Below are positions 20,761 through 29,887 of a stretch of DNA of 38,007 nucleotides, piece by piece. A program made the position numbers and the translations under genes. Positions within the stretch are counted from its first letter, which is position 1. Each line of letters starts with the position of its first letter. Source of the stretch: Patescibacteria group bacterium. GTDB taxonomy: Bacteria > Patescibacteriota > Microgenomatia > UBA1400 > PJMF01. Location: positions 184,274 through 222,280 of the forward strand of contig JBGTEY010000011.1 in assembly GCA_041747555.1 (NCBI GenBank). Reading direction: 5' to 3'. Under the pieces are notes generated by a model. That model was given only the letters and a program-made list of their open reading frames with translations, searched no databases and was not told the origin of the DNA.

Positions 20761-22155
20761 TTAGGCATTCTTGAGAGAAGCCAAGAATTCTTTGTTAGAC
20801 TTGGTTCGCCGCAGCTGATCGATCAGCGTCTTGGTTCTCTCGTCTTTATCTAGCATATCAAGCATTCGGTGTAATGTAGAGATTGACTGATAGGTAACGC
20901 CGTCAAACAATAAGTCATCTCTGCGTGTTCCAGATCTCTGAACATCAATTGCGGGGTGAATTCTGCGCTCTGCCAAACGGCGATCGAGGTGAATTTCTTG
21001 GTTACCCGTACCCTTGAACTCTTCGTACACCAGATCATCCATGCGTGAACCAGTATCAACAAGTGCGGTTCCAACAATGGTCAAACTACCCGGGACCTCA
21101 AAATTACGCGCCGCGCCAAAGAATTTCTTTGGTGGGAACAGTGCCGCGGGGTCAAATCCGCCAGAAAGTGTTCTGCCTGAGGTTGGGATTGATAGGTTAT
21201 ATGCTCGAGCTAATCGAGTAATGGAGTCAAGAAGAATAATCACATCGTGACCGAGCTCAACGAGGCGTTTTGCGCGCTCGAGGGCCATTTCGGCAACTCT
21301 ACACTGCGCTTCTGCTGATTCGTCGAAATTACTGGCTGCGACTTCTCCCTTACCCTTGGTAAGGTGCTCGATGTGACGTCTGATGTCGGTGACTTCTTCT
21401 GGACGTTCTCCGACCAAAACTGCCATGAGATGTGCGTCAGGATGGTTGCTAGCTACACCAGTGGCAATGTCCTTAAGTAAGGTTGTTTTTCCTGCTTTTG
21501 GTGGGGAAACGATCAAACTTCTCTGCCCTTTTCCAATTGGCGCAATCATGTCGATGATTCTGAGGGAAATTGGCTCATCACCAGTTTCTAGTTTAAATTG
21601 TGAATCTGGGTATACCGGAGTCAATTTGTGAAATAATAATCGATCCATTTTCTGTGATTCTTCGACTGGCATGCCATTGACAGTGTCTACCTTGAGGAGA
21701 CCCCAGTAGCGCTCGTTTTCTTTTGGCTCTCTGACTGGACCAGAAACTAAGTCTCCGGATCTCAAGCCAAATCTGCGCATTTGTGATGCAGAGATATAGG
21801 TGTCATTATCATCTTCTGCAGAAAAATTAACCCTGAGCACACCATGCCCATCTCGAGAAGTGTCGAGGACGCCAGTGACGATTTTGGGAGTTCTGTTATT
21901 TTTTGAAGTTGATGAACTTGAATTTGAGGTACTTGAAGAACTTGATTTTGAGCTCGATTTGCCGTCAGAGGTTGATCGACTGGAGCCATTACTCGAGCTT
22001 TTGGATCCGTTGTAACCGCTGGAGCCATTGGTAGGCTCTGTGGTGTCAGATCCGCCGTTGTGCTTAAGTGGCACGACGGGAACTTTCTTCCGGCTGGTTA
22101 CGGGAGTACTTGATTTTTTTTCGCTCACTTTTGGAGCGTCAGGGGAAGTTGACAT
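20761..22155 (-). CDS. rho: Transcription termination factor Rho
   Basis: DTYISASQMRRFGLRSGD (RNA binding), PIGKGQR...PPKAGKT, ERPEEVTD, LDSITRLARAYN and EEFKGTGN, with a Ser-rich disordered N-terminus. Confidence 0.97.
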   Translation of the reverse strand: MSTSPDAPKVSEKKSSTPVTSRKKVPVVPLKHNGGSDTTEPTNGSSGYNGSKSSSNGSSRSTSDGKSSSKSSSSSTSNSSSSTSKNNRTPKIVTGVLDTSRDGHGVLRVNFSAEDDNDTYISASQMRRFGLRSGDLVSGPVREPKENERYWGLLKVDTVNGMPVEESQKMDRLLFHKLTPVYPDSQFKLETGDEPISLRIIDMIAPIGKGQRSLIVSPPKAGKTTLLKDIATGVASNHPDAHLMAVLVGERPEEVTDIRRHIEHLTKGKGEVAASNFDESAEAQCRVAEMALERAKRLVELGHDVIILLDSITRLARAYNLSIPTSGRTLSGGFDPAALFPPKKFFGAARNFEVPGSLTIVGTALVDTGSRMDDLVYEEFKGTGNQEIHLDRRLAERRIHPAIDVQRSGTRRDDLLFDGVTYQSISTLHRMLDMLDKDERTKTLIDQLRRTKSNKEFLASLKNA

Positions 22156-22306
22156 ACAAGAAATATACTATTGGTACTACACGATATTGGCTTGCAACGG
22201 CAAATGTGTGTTTAATTGAAAAGAAAACCTAAAAAGGTTAACTGGTGATTGATTATACTGGATTTGTTGGATTTGTCAAAGTTTGGAAGAAGTGACTGTG
22301 GCAAAA

Positions 22307-25300
22307 TTAACTGTCACCCAGTAGTTGATCGACTTCAGCAACCCACTTGGCTATCATATTTTCCCTACCCTCTTTTTCCAAAATTAAAAATACTTGAACA
22401 TCAAAAGGAACTCCAAAACACCCCTCCAACACCTCTTTCAACTCGACGAGATCGTCTTCAAAATTCACATGATAGGCTAGTTCCTCGAGTGAGACGTGCT
22501 CCTCCAGATTATTAACGACAAGTTTCAGAGAGTGCAGTAGTTTTTTGGCAACATGCAGATCATGCTTTGTGGCAATAACATTTGCAAATTTATCATGGAT
22601 CAAATATAGAACGTCCCTGAGATAATTCTGACTTTTTGAAACCGCAGCTCTCTCACCATCAGCAATGTTCGACAAGAGTTCGAGAGCGGGTGAAACCGAA
22701 TCTTCGATACCTTCCCAGAAATGTGAATAAATAAATTCGCGATATTTAGTATGCCACGAAATATCGTAATCAAATGCCGTATTTAATATGTTGTACATTT
22801 GATGCGCAATCACATCTGATAGTGTTCGCAACTCTAGGGCCGCCAACTTATCGCCCGCAAAAAATCTAGCTCTTAGCGCCCTTGCCACATCCAGCGACTC
22901 AGCAAACATATCGCTATAATTTGCCTCCTGCATTTTCGAGGAATCATACACGCCATTTGACTCAATACTTTGCAAATATAAAGTTAGGGCGTGAACACCG
23001 CTCCTGACCACTGAACCAAGTCTTTTTCGCATTTCATCAATATCCCCAGCCTCCAACCTTATATCCACTCCCTCAGACTTCTCGATCTCCTTGATTACTT
23101 CACTCCTCCATTCTTTAATTCTGCCATCACCCCCTGCGATAAGCATTTTTCCAATATTTGGCTCCACTCCAAAACATTCTCCAAGCGCATCTTGTGCATA
23201 CAAAACATGTTGCTCCAACTCATCAATAGATAAAACTTGATCCATGTCTACGTGAGGTCGCAAGCCATTCACAATTTTTTGCAATGAGACCAGTAGCTTA
23301 ATTGCGAAATCAAGTAGTTCGGAATCATTTTCAACATGAATCACTCTATTAGTAAATGTATCTTCGATCACAGACAAGACTGCTTGCATATTTTTCTTGC
23401 TTTTACTCGGAAGATAAGATGTCTGCTCAGGTGTATTTTTTATGACACTCGTAGCCGCCACTATTGAACTCTCGCAATGATGATAAAAGTTTAAATAGAT
23501 AAACTTGCGTAATGTCACCATCCTAGGATCATCATGTTTAAATTGCATCCCACCAAGACCAGTAATTTGGTATTCAAAGTTGTCTGCCAACGAACGCATT
23601 CTAACCGCAGCGAGTTGGTCACCCTGCTCAAACTGCTTGCGAAAGTCAGAAAATCTCTCGGTAACGCTTGTGAAAATATTTTCTAATGACTCCATATCCG
23701 TCCCAAAAATACCATCTGTTATAGCCTGACCCACCCGTGTGGTAAGTGGTCTAATATATTGGTACTCCTCATCGTCTATTTGCTGAAGCTCCTTTTCTTT
23801 AAGAACAATGGGTGTCTCAAAGTCAGAGTGCTGCATCTCTGGTTGATCAGGCTCAATTGAGCTTACTTCATCAGCACCGTTCTTAACCAAGTGCAATTTC
23901 TTATCTCTCAAGAAAATTGTTCCTCCAAATTCTTCTGCGTCACCAAAAAATCGTCGCTCTTCCTCTGCCGCCATATGTGTCGACATGACGATTGTATGAC
24001 CAGCACGAACCAGCATAAGCAAGCATCTTATAACGACCTCTCGATTGGAGACTATCTCGCTTCCCACCTCTTTCCCATCAACACGAGCAACAAGCTCGTC
24101 CGCAAAGATCAGCTGTGGTCGCTCAACCATTATCATGGCGAGCTGAACACGAGCCCGCTGACCAGAGGACATACTATCATTTATAGGCTTGTTTGAAATA
24201 TCGCGAAACTCTTTCAAGGAAAAAATGCCGTACTCGTCGACGAGGAGAGTTCGCAACTTCCAGTCTATCGCCATGCTCATTACATTTTTAGCTAACTCAA
24301 AGTCGGTATCTTTGAGCTCACTCGAGGTATACCGCTCTTTCCCAAGCATCCAATCTCGCAATGCTAGGCTAGAAAGACTTTTTCGGGCATCGGGATCATG
24401 CAACATGTCGAGAGCCTGCCTTATGGTTCTACTAATATTCCTGTCAACTCTCATCCCAGATTCCCTCTCATATTCGTTCCAAAAGTCTATCACCAGTGAC
24501 TCTTCATTAAAAAACAATGCGTCCCAAAACTGTCGCATGAAACTCAGTCCTGAACGAAAATCTGAGCCTTCATAAAAACGAACCTGATTGGGCAACTGCC
24601 TCCACTCATGGGTGTGTATATTTTCTGCCACCCCTGATTCGTCTACGGAATATAATTGACTAGCCTCATTGTGATTCAGTCGCTGGGCCACTGACTTCAT
24701 AATCATCGACTTACCATCACCAGAGCCCGCTCTGAAGAGATACAAGGCGCCTTTTTGTAACGAAAGTGATGAATTTTCTAAAAAAGTTAATTCATCTTCT
24801 CGACCAACCGCATCCTCACCCACGTACCGCAGTCCAACAGTAAAATTTTGAATGTACCAACTATTTTGCAAACCCTGAGGAATGTCCTTTGCGTCCTTAC
24901 CTCCAGATTCACGATGCTTGTCCCAAGTTTCCTCATCCTTTATGGTGAGCTTCTGTTCTTCGATATGAGAAAGAATGTCATTTAGTCGCTCTCGAGCTAG
25001 TATGCCGCTCTCAGTGAGCATTTGCATACCAATTGCTCCACCAACTGCGTCTGTAAACATACCGGCCAGCGCACTAGCAAATCCCAAATTCACTGGAACA
25101 TAACTTAGTTGTTCAGAAATGAATGCGAGTAGTTGTAGCGCATGAGCAAGCCCTCGTTGCAAAATATTGATCGAAGTTTTCAAGTTTGAAAGACGGTCAA
25201 CCACCTCAGCTAGCTCTGTCAGGTCTGAGGAACGATACTCCTGACCAACCAAAGCCATTGTAGAATCATTGAGCGCGCGATGCTCCTCATTCATTTTTTT

Positions 25301-26005
25301 GAATTTGAGATAGAACAACCTTAGTGTCGGAACCGCTACAGTTGTCATGGCTGTTAGCACCATTGCCTCAAGATATCGATGCAACGACAATGTGTTTAAC
25401 GTGGTGATAGACATCACTCCAACCATTTCAAGAGCACTTGCTCCTTTCGCGCGCTCTGCATTAGCAATTGCGGTTGCTGCAGACCTTGGAAAGCTCCGGA
25501 GGACACCTTCTGGCAAACTAATAGTTGCTAGGGACTCTTTATGCAAAGACAACAACTCTGCAAAAGCCTGCTCAAGTATTAGTGATTCTGAGTCTTGCGA
25601 TTTATTCCTGAACGAATACTCATATGCGTGAGCAAAAACCGATGCCAGTAGATATATAACAGCTTTTGGGTTGGTAAATGCATCTCCAGACTCAATTTCT
25701 CGCAAAACAAGGTTGTCGAGCCCCAATGCAGTGGCTCTTACAATACCCGCCCTCCTGCGGTTTTTCTTCACTTTTTCCAAGAGCTCTTCTAAGCTCTTTT
25801 TTGTTGGACTTGTAGTCAGTGCGCTCACTCGAACTACATCTTGGTCTGAAAGTAAATGATCCGCTGTCGGAATAGCACCCTGCCAGACTTGCTTGATGCG
25901 AGTAGTAAGTCCATCAAACCTTTTGGCAGGCTTTTCAGAATTAGCACCAGTTCCAGTTTCACCAATAGATGGGCTCTGCCCCTTATTCTCATTTAGTTTG
26001 GTCAT
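22307..26005 (-). CDS. Large ABC-transporter-like fusion protein (TM region, ABC ATPase, duplicated helical C-terminal domain)
   Basis: Hydrophobic segments in the N-terminal third, then Walker A AGSGDGKS, signature MSSGQRAR, Walker B LIFADE and H-loop STH. About 500 aa of C-terminal extension carry an internal duplication. Confidence 0.7.
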   Translation of the reverse strand: MTKLNENKGQSPSIGETGTGANSEKPAKRFDGLTTRIKQVWQGAIPTADHLLSDQDVVRVSALTTSPTKKSLEELLEKVKKNRRRAGIVRATALGLDNLVLREIESGDAFTNPKAVIYLLASVFAHAYEYSFRNKSQDSESLILEQAFAELLSLHKESLATISLPEGVLRSFPRSAATAIANAERAKGASALEMVGVMSITTLNTLSLHRYLEAMVLTAMTTVAVPTLRLFYLKFKKMNEEHRALNDSTMALVGQEYRSSDLTELAEVVDRLSNLKTSINILQRGLAHALQLLAFISEQLSYVPVNLGFASALAGMFTDAVGGAIGMQMLTESGILARERLNDILSHIEEQKLTIKDEETWDKHRESGGKDAKDIPQGLQNSWYIQNFTVGLRYVGEDAVGREDELTFLENSSLSLQKGALYLFRAGSGDGKSMIMKSVAQRLNHNEASQLYSVDESGVAENIHTHEWRQLPNQVRFYEGSDFRSGLSFMRQFWDALFFNEESLVIDFWNEYERESGMRVDRNISRTIRQALDMLHDPDARKSLSSLALRDWMLGKERYTSSELKDTDFELAKNVMSMAIDWKLRTLLVDEYGIFSLKEFRDISNKPINDSMSSGQRARVQLAMIMVERPQLIFADELVARVDGKEVGSEIVSNREVVIRCLLMLVRAGHTIVMSTHMAAEEERRFFGDAEEFGGTIFLRDKKLHLVKNGADEVSSIEPDQPEMQHSDFETPIVLKEKELQQIDDEEYQYIRPLTTRVGQAITDGIFGTDMESLENIFTSVTERFSDFRKQFEQGDQLAAVRMRSLADNFEYQITGLGGMQFKHDDPRMVTLRKFIYLNFYHHCESSIVAATSVIKNTPEQTSYLPSKSKKNMQAVLSVIEDTFTNRVIHVENDSELLDFAIKLLVSLQKIVNGLRPHVDMDQVLSIDELEQHVLYAQDALGECFGVEPNIGKMLIAGGDGRIKEWRSEVIKEIEKSEGVDIRLEAGDIDEMRKRLGSVVRSGVHALTLYLQSIESNGVYDSSKMQEANYSDMFAESLDVARALRARFFAGDKLAALELRTLSDVIAHQMYNILNTAFDYDISWHTKYREFIYSHFWEGIEDSVSPALELLSNIADGERAAVSKSQNYLRDVLYLIHDKFANVIATKHDLHVAKKLLHSLKLVVNNLEEHVSLEELAYHVNFEDDLVELKEVLEGCFGVPFDVQVFLILEKEGRENMIAKWVAEVDQLLGDS

Positions 26006-26047
26006 AGTTTGTCAAGGCAGACTGAAGCAATACTGTAATCCGATTAT

Positions 26048-26968
26048 CTACACCCCACCCTGCGTATTCACCGTCGGATCAATCAACCTCGCATATCTAA
26101 AATGACGTACGGGTGATTGTAAGAATTTACAGGTATACAAGATCATATCGGCTGTGTAATCAGTAATTTCATCACCTTCATGACCATCGTAGATTTCATA
26201 CACCCATTTTCGTTGTCCAGAGATGACCTCGACTCTGTCGCCTGGCTCTGTCTCTGGGAGAAGATAAAAGGAATTGTACTTCCAATAATCATCCTGCCAC
26301 CACCAATCCCAGCCGAATCTGTGGGCGGCGGCAATCAGGGGTTCGTCGGTGTCACCTGGTTCGCCCCAATCAGGGACCCACCACACACCGTGTTGTAAGG
26401 CTTCTTCTGGTGTTTCTGTGTCTCTGAGTTCTGTGCGTACCCCAATTCTTGGGATAACGATCCAATCGCCTTCTGGCAGCTCTGGATTTATTGGGGGAAT
26501 GTATTTTTGAACTTCCGGTTCTAGTGGCTCGGCACTGTCAGTTGCCTGAGCAATCGCGTCTTGATCAAATAGTCCACCAAGCGGAGTTCCTGCTTCTTTG
26601 GGTACAAGTTCGACTACATCTGCAGGGAAAAGAGCGTAATAAATGTTTGGAAGAAAAACGACGCCAGTCGCCACAACACTCACTACAATTGCGACGCTAA
26701 GGACTGCATTCACTACTTTTCTAGTGATTCGCTTTACAACATTGGGTTGAGTTGCGCTTGCTGATTGTGTGTCAGAATATGTTGTCGTGACTGATTGCGC
26801 TTGCTGAATTTTCTGTTCGCTTCTGCGAGACACGATCTTTCTAACATTTTGTATATCAAAAGGTTTAGCAATAGATCGATATATCAACTTCTCTCCCAAT
26901 AAGCGACAGCGCACATTTACAAAATGCGATTGTAGCAAAGCTGGTTCTGTTAGTAACGATATTTTCAT
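26048..26968 (-). CDS. Sortase-family protein
   Basis: TM anchor and IVIPRIGV, with catalytic His (AAAHR), Cys (LYTC) and Arg (PVRH). The start is uncertain (ATG 26968 or TTG 27016). Confidence 0.82.
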   Translation of the reverse strand: MKISLLTEPALLQSHFVNVRCRLLGEKLIYRSIAKPFDIQNVRKIVSRRSEQKIQQAQSVTTTYSDTQSASATQPNVVKRITRKVVNAVLSVAIVVSVVATGVVFLPNIYYALFPADVVELVPKEAGTPLGGLFDQDAIAQATDSAEPLEPEVQKYIPPINPELPEGDWIVIPRIGVRTELRDTETPEEALQHGVWWVPDWGEPGDTDEPLIAAAHRFGWDWWWQDDYWKYNSFYLLPETEPGDRVEVISGQRKWVYEIYDGHEGDEITDYTADMILYTCKFLQSPVRHFRYARLIDPTVNTQGGV

Positions 26969-27178
26969 AGTGTGTGTTGGTGCAGGACCCGGGACAAGAG
27001 TCGCGTGATACTGCAATACACCAGGTAATTATATCAATAAATCACTCTGTAGTCAATACTATAGGTCTATTTATGGTGGTGGTGTTCTTGTCTGGTGTCT
27101 TGAGGAGAATTAGGATATTTTTGTATGAAAATGAGACAGTTCTTGAGGAGATAGAAGATGGGGGTATATGAAAACTGT

Positions 27179-27541
27179 CTAAAAAGCCGCTAAATGGCTC
27201 TTTTTAACGCAATTGTTGAGAAACTGAGTGGAAGCTCGGCTGCCTGCCCAACTACCGAACTTCCACCCAATCACCCACTTTGTATACTCTTCAGCACAGT
27301 GATGACCTTTTATGATCTTCAATGATGCAATTATATCAGGAAAGATTGTCTTTACAGCAACCAACTCTCTTGATATTCTTGTTCGCACTGAGTTCTTATC
27401 GGCGTTAAAACCGTAAGTCCTCTGAAAAAAAGCATTGTTACTCGTGGGTCTGCCCAGCGATAATAATGCTTTTTTTATTGCCTTCTCTATTTTTTCACTT
27501 TTTAACGTATTCGTAGTCGAGTATAACTGTAATTTAGGCAT
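27179..27541 (-). CDS. Small basic hypothetical protein
   Basis: 120-aa ATG-initiated ORF filling an AT-rich gap. No family was recognised. Confidence 0.4.
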   Translation of the reverse strand: MPKLQLYSTTNTLKSEKIEKAIKKALLSLGRPTSNNAFFQRTYGFNADKNSVRTRISRELVAVKTIFPDIIASLKIIKGHHCAEEYTKWVIGWKFGSWAGSRASTQFLNNCVKKSHLAAF

Positions 27542-27623
27542 TGGTCAACCTATAACGTTTGTAGTGGGAAAATACTTATGTCTTATAGTAATTTTTGTAA
27601 TATGATTATTGAGAGAACTAAAC

Positions 27624-27670
27624 AAGTTATTCACATCATAATATACAGTTAAATTCATTGTGAATAACTT
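27624..27670. promoter_or_regulatory. 12-bp inverted repeat containing two DnaA-box-consensus 9-mers
   Basis: AAGTTATTCACA (27624-27635) and TGTGAATAACTT (27659-27670). TTATTCACA fits TTWTNCACA. Confidence 0.6.
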
Positions 27671-27726
27671 TTCTACCCATGAACACAGCTCTCCACCTGA
27701 GAACAGCCAAGTGCTATACTATTCCC

Positions 27727-29886
27727 ATGCCTACCCCGCACACATTACTCGAGCTCAGAACTGGTCAAGATTCGCAACAAACACCAGAGGCGGCGGCGCA
27801 ATTGTTTGCCGCAATTCCTACGCTCAAAAATAGCTGGTTTAATCAGTTGTTGGGAAGTGATGAACACCTGAGTTTTGAGATCCTTGTTGAAAATCAATCG
27901 ATTTTTTTCACCTGTTACACCCCCACACGCCTGGAGGAGTACGTGAGAGGTGCATTATCGGCAAGTTATCCAGAGATCAAGGTGAAGGTCATTGAAAACG
28001 ACCCCGTTGCTGAACTTCTCAGCCCTCATACCTACTCGCAAGAACAAAGTAGATTTTTGGACGTGGCGCAGATTCACTTACGCAATCAAGTATACTTACC
28101 AATTAAGTCCTATCGCGATTTCAGCGACACAGATCCCCTCGCCCCACTTTTGAGTACACTTTCTAAAGCTCAGGAATTTGATCGAATTGCCATCCAGTGC
28201 ATTGTCGAGCAAGATCACGGAAGCTGGAAGAAAAAAGCGCCAGGAGCAGGAGATGAGCAACCACATCCTCAGCAAGCACTTGTTTCTAAGAAAACTAGCC
28301 TGGAAAGCGTACTTGTTGGCATTAAAATAGCCGTTGCCAGTAATTCTCTTGAGAGAAACACACTTATTCTCGACTCAATTCAGGCTGCGCTCCAGACATT
28401 TAGTCAGACCGACGGCAACGAACTGCTGGTTAAAAAAGTCTGGATGTTTAAGAAGCGATTTTTAAAAAGCATGATCGATCGATCGCTCCGCTCTACCAGG
28501 ACATATCCATTGTCTATCGAGGAGATGGCAACGCTCTATCACCTCCCCAATCACAATTTAGCAGGCATTCCTAATATTGCCTGGGGCAAGCGTCTCCTCG
28601 GGGAACCACCAGATGAGCTCCCCATTATCACCAAAGACCTCCCCGATGAGCTTAAGCAAAATATTAACCCATACGCCAGGGCAACATATAAAAATCAAGA
28701 GATGGTGTATGGCATACATCGACAGGATCGACGACGACATATGTATGTCATTGGTAAAACAGGTACCGGCAAGTCCACCCTTCTCGCCAATATGGCAATC
28801 AATGACCTCAAAAACGATGAGGGCATGTGCGTGATCGACCCACACGGAGATTTAGTTGAGACACTTCTTGACTATATTCCGTCTCGCAGAATTAATGACG
28901 TAATATATTTTGATCCAGCAGATCCTGATAGAACGGTCCAATTAAATCTTTTTGAGGACGAAAGTGTGGTGCACCGAGAGCTAATCGCGTCAGGTATCGT
29001 CAGTGTTTTTAAGAAACTCTATGAATACTCTTGGGGTCCCCGTCTTGAGTATATTTTAAGAAACTCTCTCCTCACCCTTCTCAAGAGTCCAAATGCTCGG
29101 CTGTCTGACATCATCGACATGCTCACAAATAAAGCATTTAGAGATAAACTAGTTGCGGAAATCGACGATCCGATTCTCGTGAACTTCTGGGAAAAAGAAT
29201 TTAACCAGATGCAAGACAGGCAGCGCACTGAAGCTATCGCACCTATCTTGAATAAAGTTGGACAATTTGTGTCCTCTCCTCTTGTTCGAAATGTGGTCAA
29301 TTCGCGCAAAAGTTCATTTAGTATTGAAGACGCCATGAATGAAGGAAAAATTGTACTTGTGAACCTCTCTCAAGGAAAATTGGGAGAAGACAACGCTACC
29401 CTTCTTGGCGCCATGTTAATTACCAAAATTCAACTCGCCGCTATGGCCCGAGTACATATTCCTGAAGAGCAACGAAGAGATTTTTTCTTGTATGTTGATG
29501 AGTTTCAAAACTTCGCAACGGAGTCATTTAGTAAAATTCTCTCTGAGGCACGCAAATATCGGCTTAATCTAACGCTCGCCAACCAATATATCGCCCAGAT
29601 TCCAGAAGATGTGCAAAAAGCTATTTTTGGAAACTGTGGAAGCATGATCAGTTTTGTGATGGGTGCCGACGATGCGCACTTCTTCTCGAAGGAGTTTGGT
29701 GATAAATATACCGATGAAGATCTCGTTTCACTCGGGAGATATCAAATTATTAATCGCTTGACGATAAACAACATTACCTCGAAAGCGTTTCCTGCGGAAA
29801 CGCTCAACCTCGCTTCAAGCAACAATCAAAATCGTGACAAGGTCCTCCGCGTCAGTCGTGAGCGATACGCCAAGAAAAAAGATTAA
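27727..29886 (+). CDS. TraG/VirD4/TrwB-like (FtsK-HerA superfamily) ATPase, CPR type
   Basis: RRRHMYVIGKTGTGKST (Walker A), IDPHGD, LYVDEFQNF (Walker B) and SEARKYRLNLTLANQ. ATG 27727 lies 6 nt after TGcTATACT. Confidence 0.88.
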   Translation: MPTPHTLLELRTGQDSQQTPEAAAQLFAAIPTLKNSWFNQLLGSDEHLSFEILVENQSIFFTCYTPTRLEEYVRGALSASYPEIKVKVIENDPVAELLSPHTYSQEQSRFLDVAQIHLRNQVYLPIKSYRDFSDTDPLAPLLSTLSKAQEFDRIAIQCIVEQDHGSWKKKAPGAGDEQPHPQQALVSKKTSLESVLVGIKIAVASNSLERNTLILDSIQAALQTFSQTDGNELLVKKVWMFKKRFLKSMIDRSLRSTRTYPLSIEEMATLYHLPNHNLAGIPNIAWGKRLLGEPPDELPIITKDLPDELKQNINPYARATYKNQEMVYGIHRQDRRRHMYVIGKTGTGKSTLLANMAINDLKNDEGMCVIDPHGDLVETLLDYIPSRRINDVIYFDPADPDRTVQLNLFEDESVVHRELIASGIVSVFKKLYEYSWGPRLEYILRNSLLTLLKSPNARLSDIIDMLTNKAFRDKLVAEIDDPILVNFWEKEFNQMQDRQRTEAIAPILNKVGQFVSSPLVRNVVNSRKSSFSIEDAMNEGKIVLVNLSQGKLGEDNATLLGAMLITKIQLAAMARVHIPEEQRRDFFLYVDEFQNFATESFSKILSEARKYRLNLTLANQYIAQIPEDVQKAIFGNCGSMISFVMGADDAHFFSKEFGDKYTDEDLVSLGRYQIINRLTINNITSKAFPAETLNLASSNNQNRDKVLRVSRERYAKKKD

Positions 29887-29887
29887 T

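Noticed and set aside
27179-29886. Integrated conjugative or mobile element
   Set aside because: No integrase, relaxase, transposase or flanking att repeats were seen.
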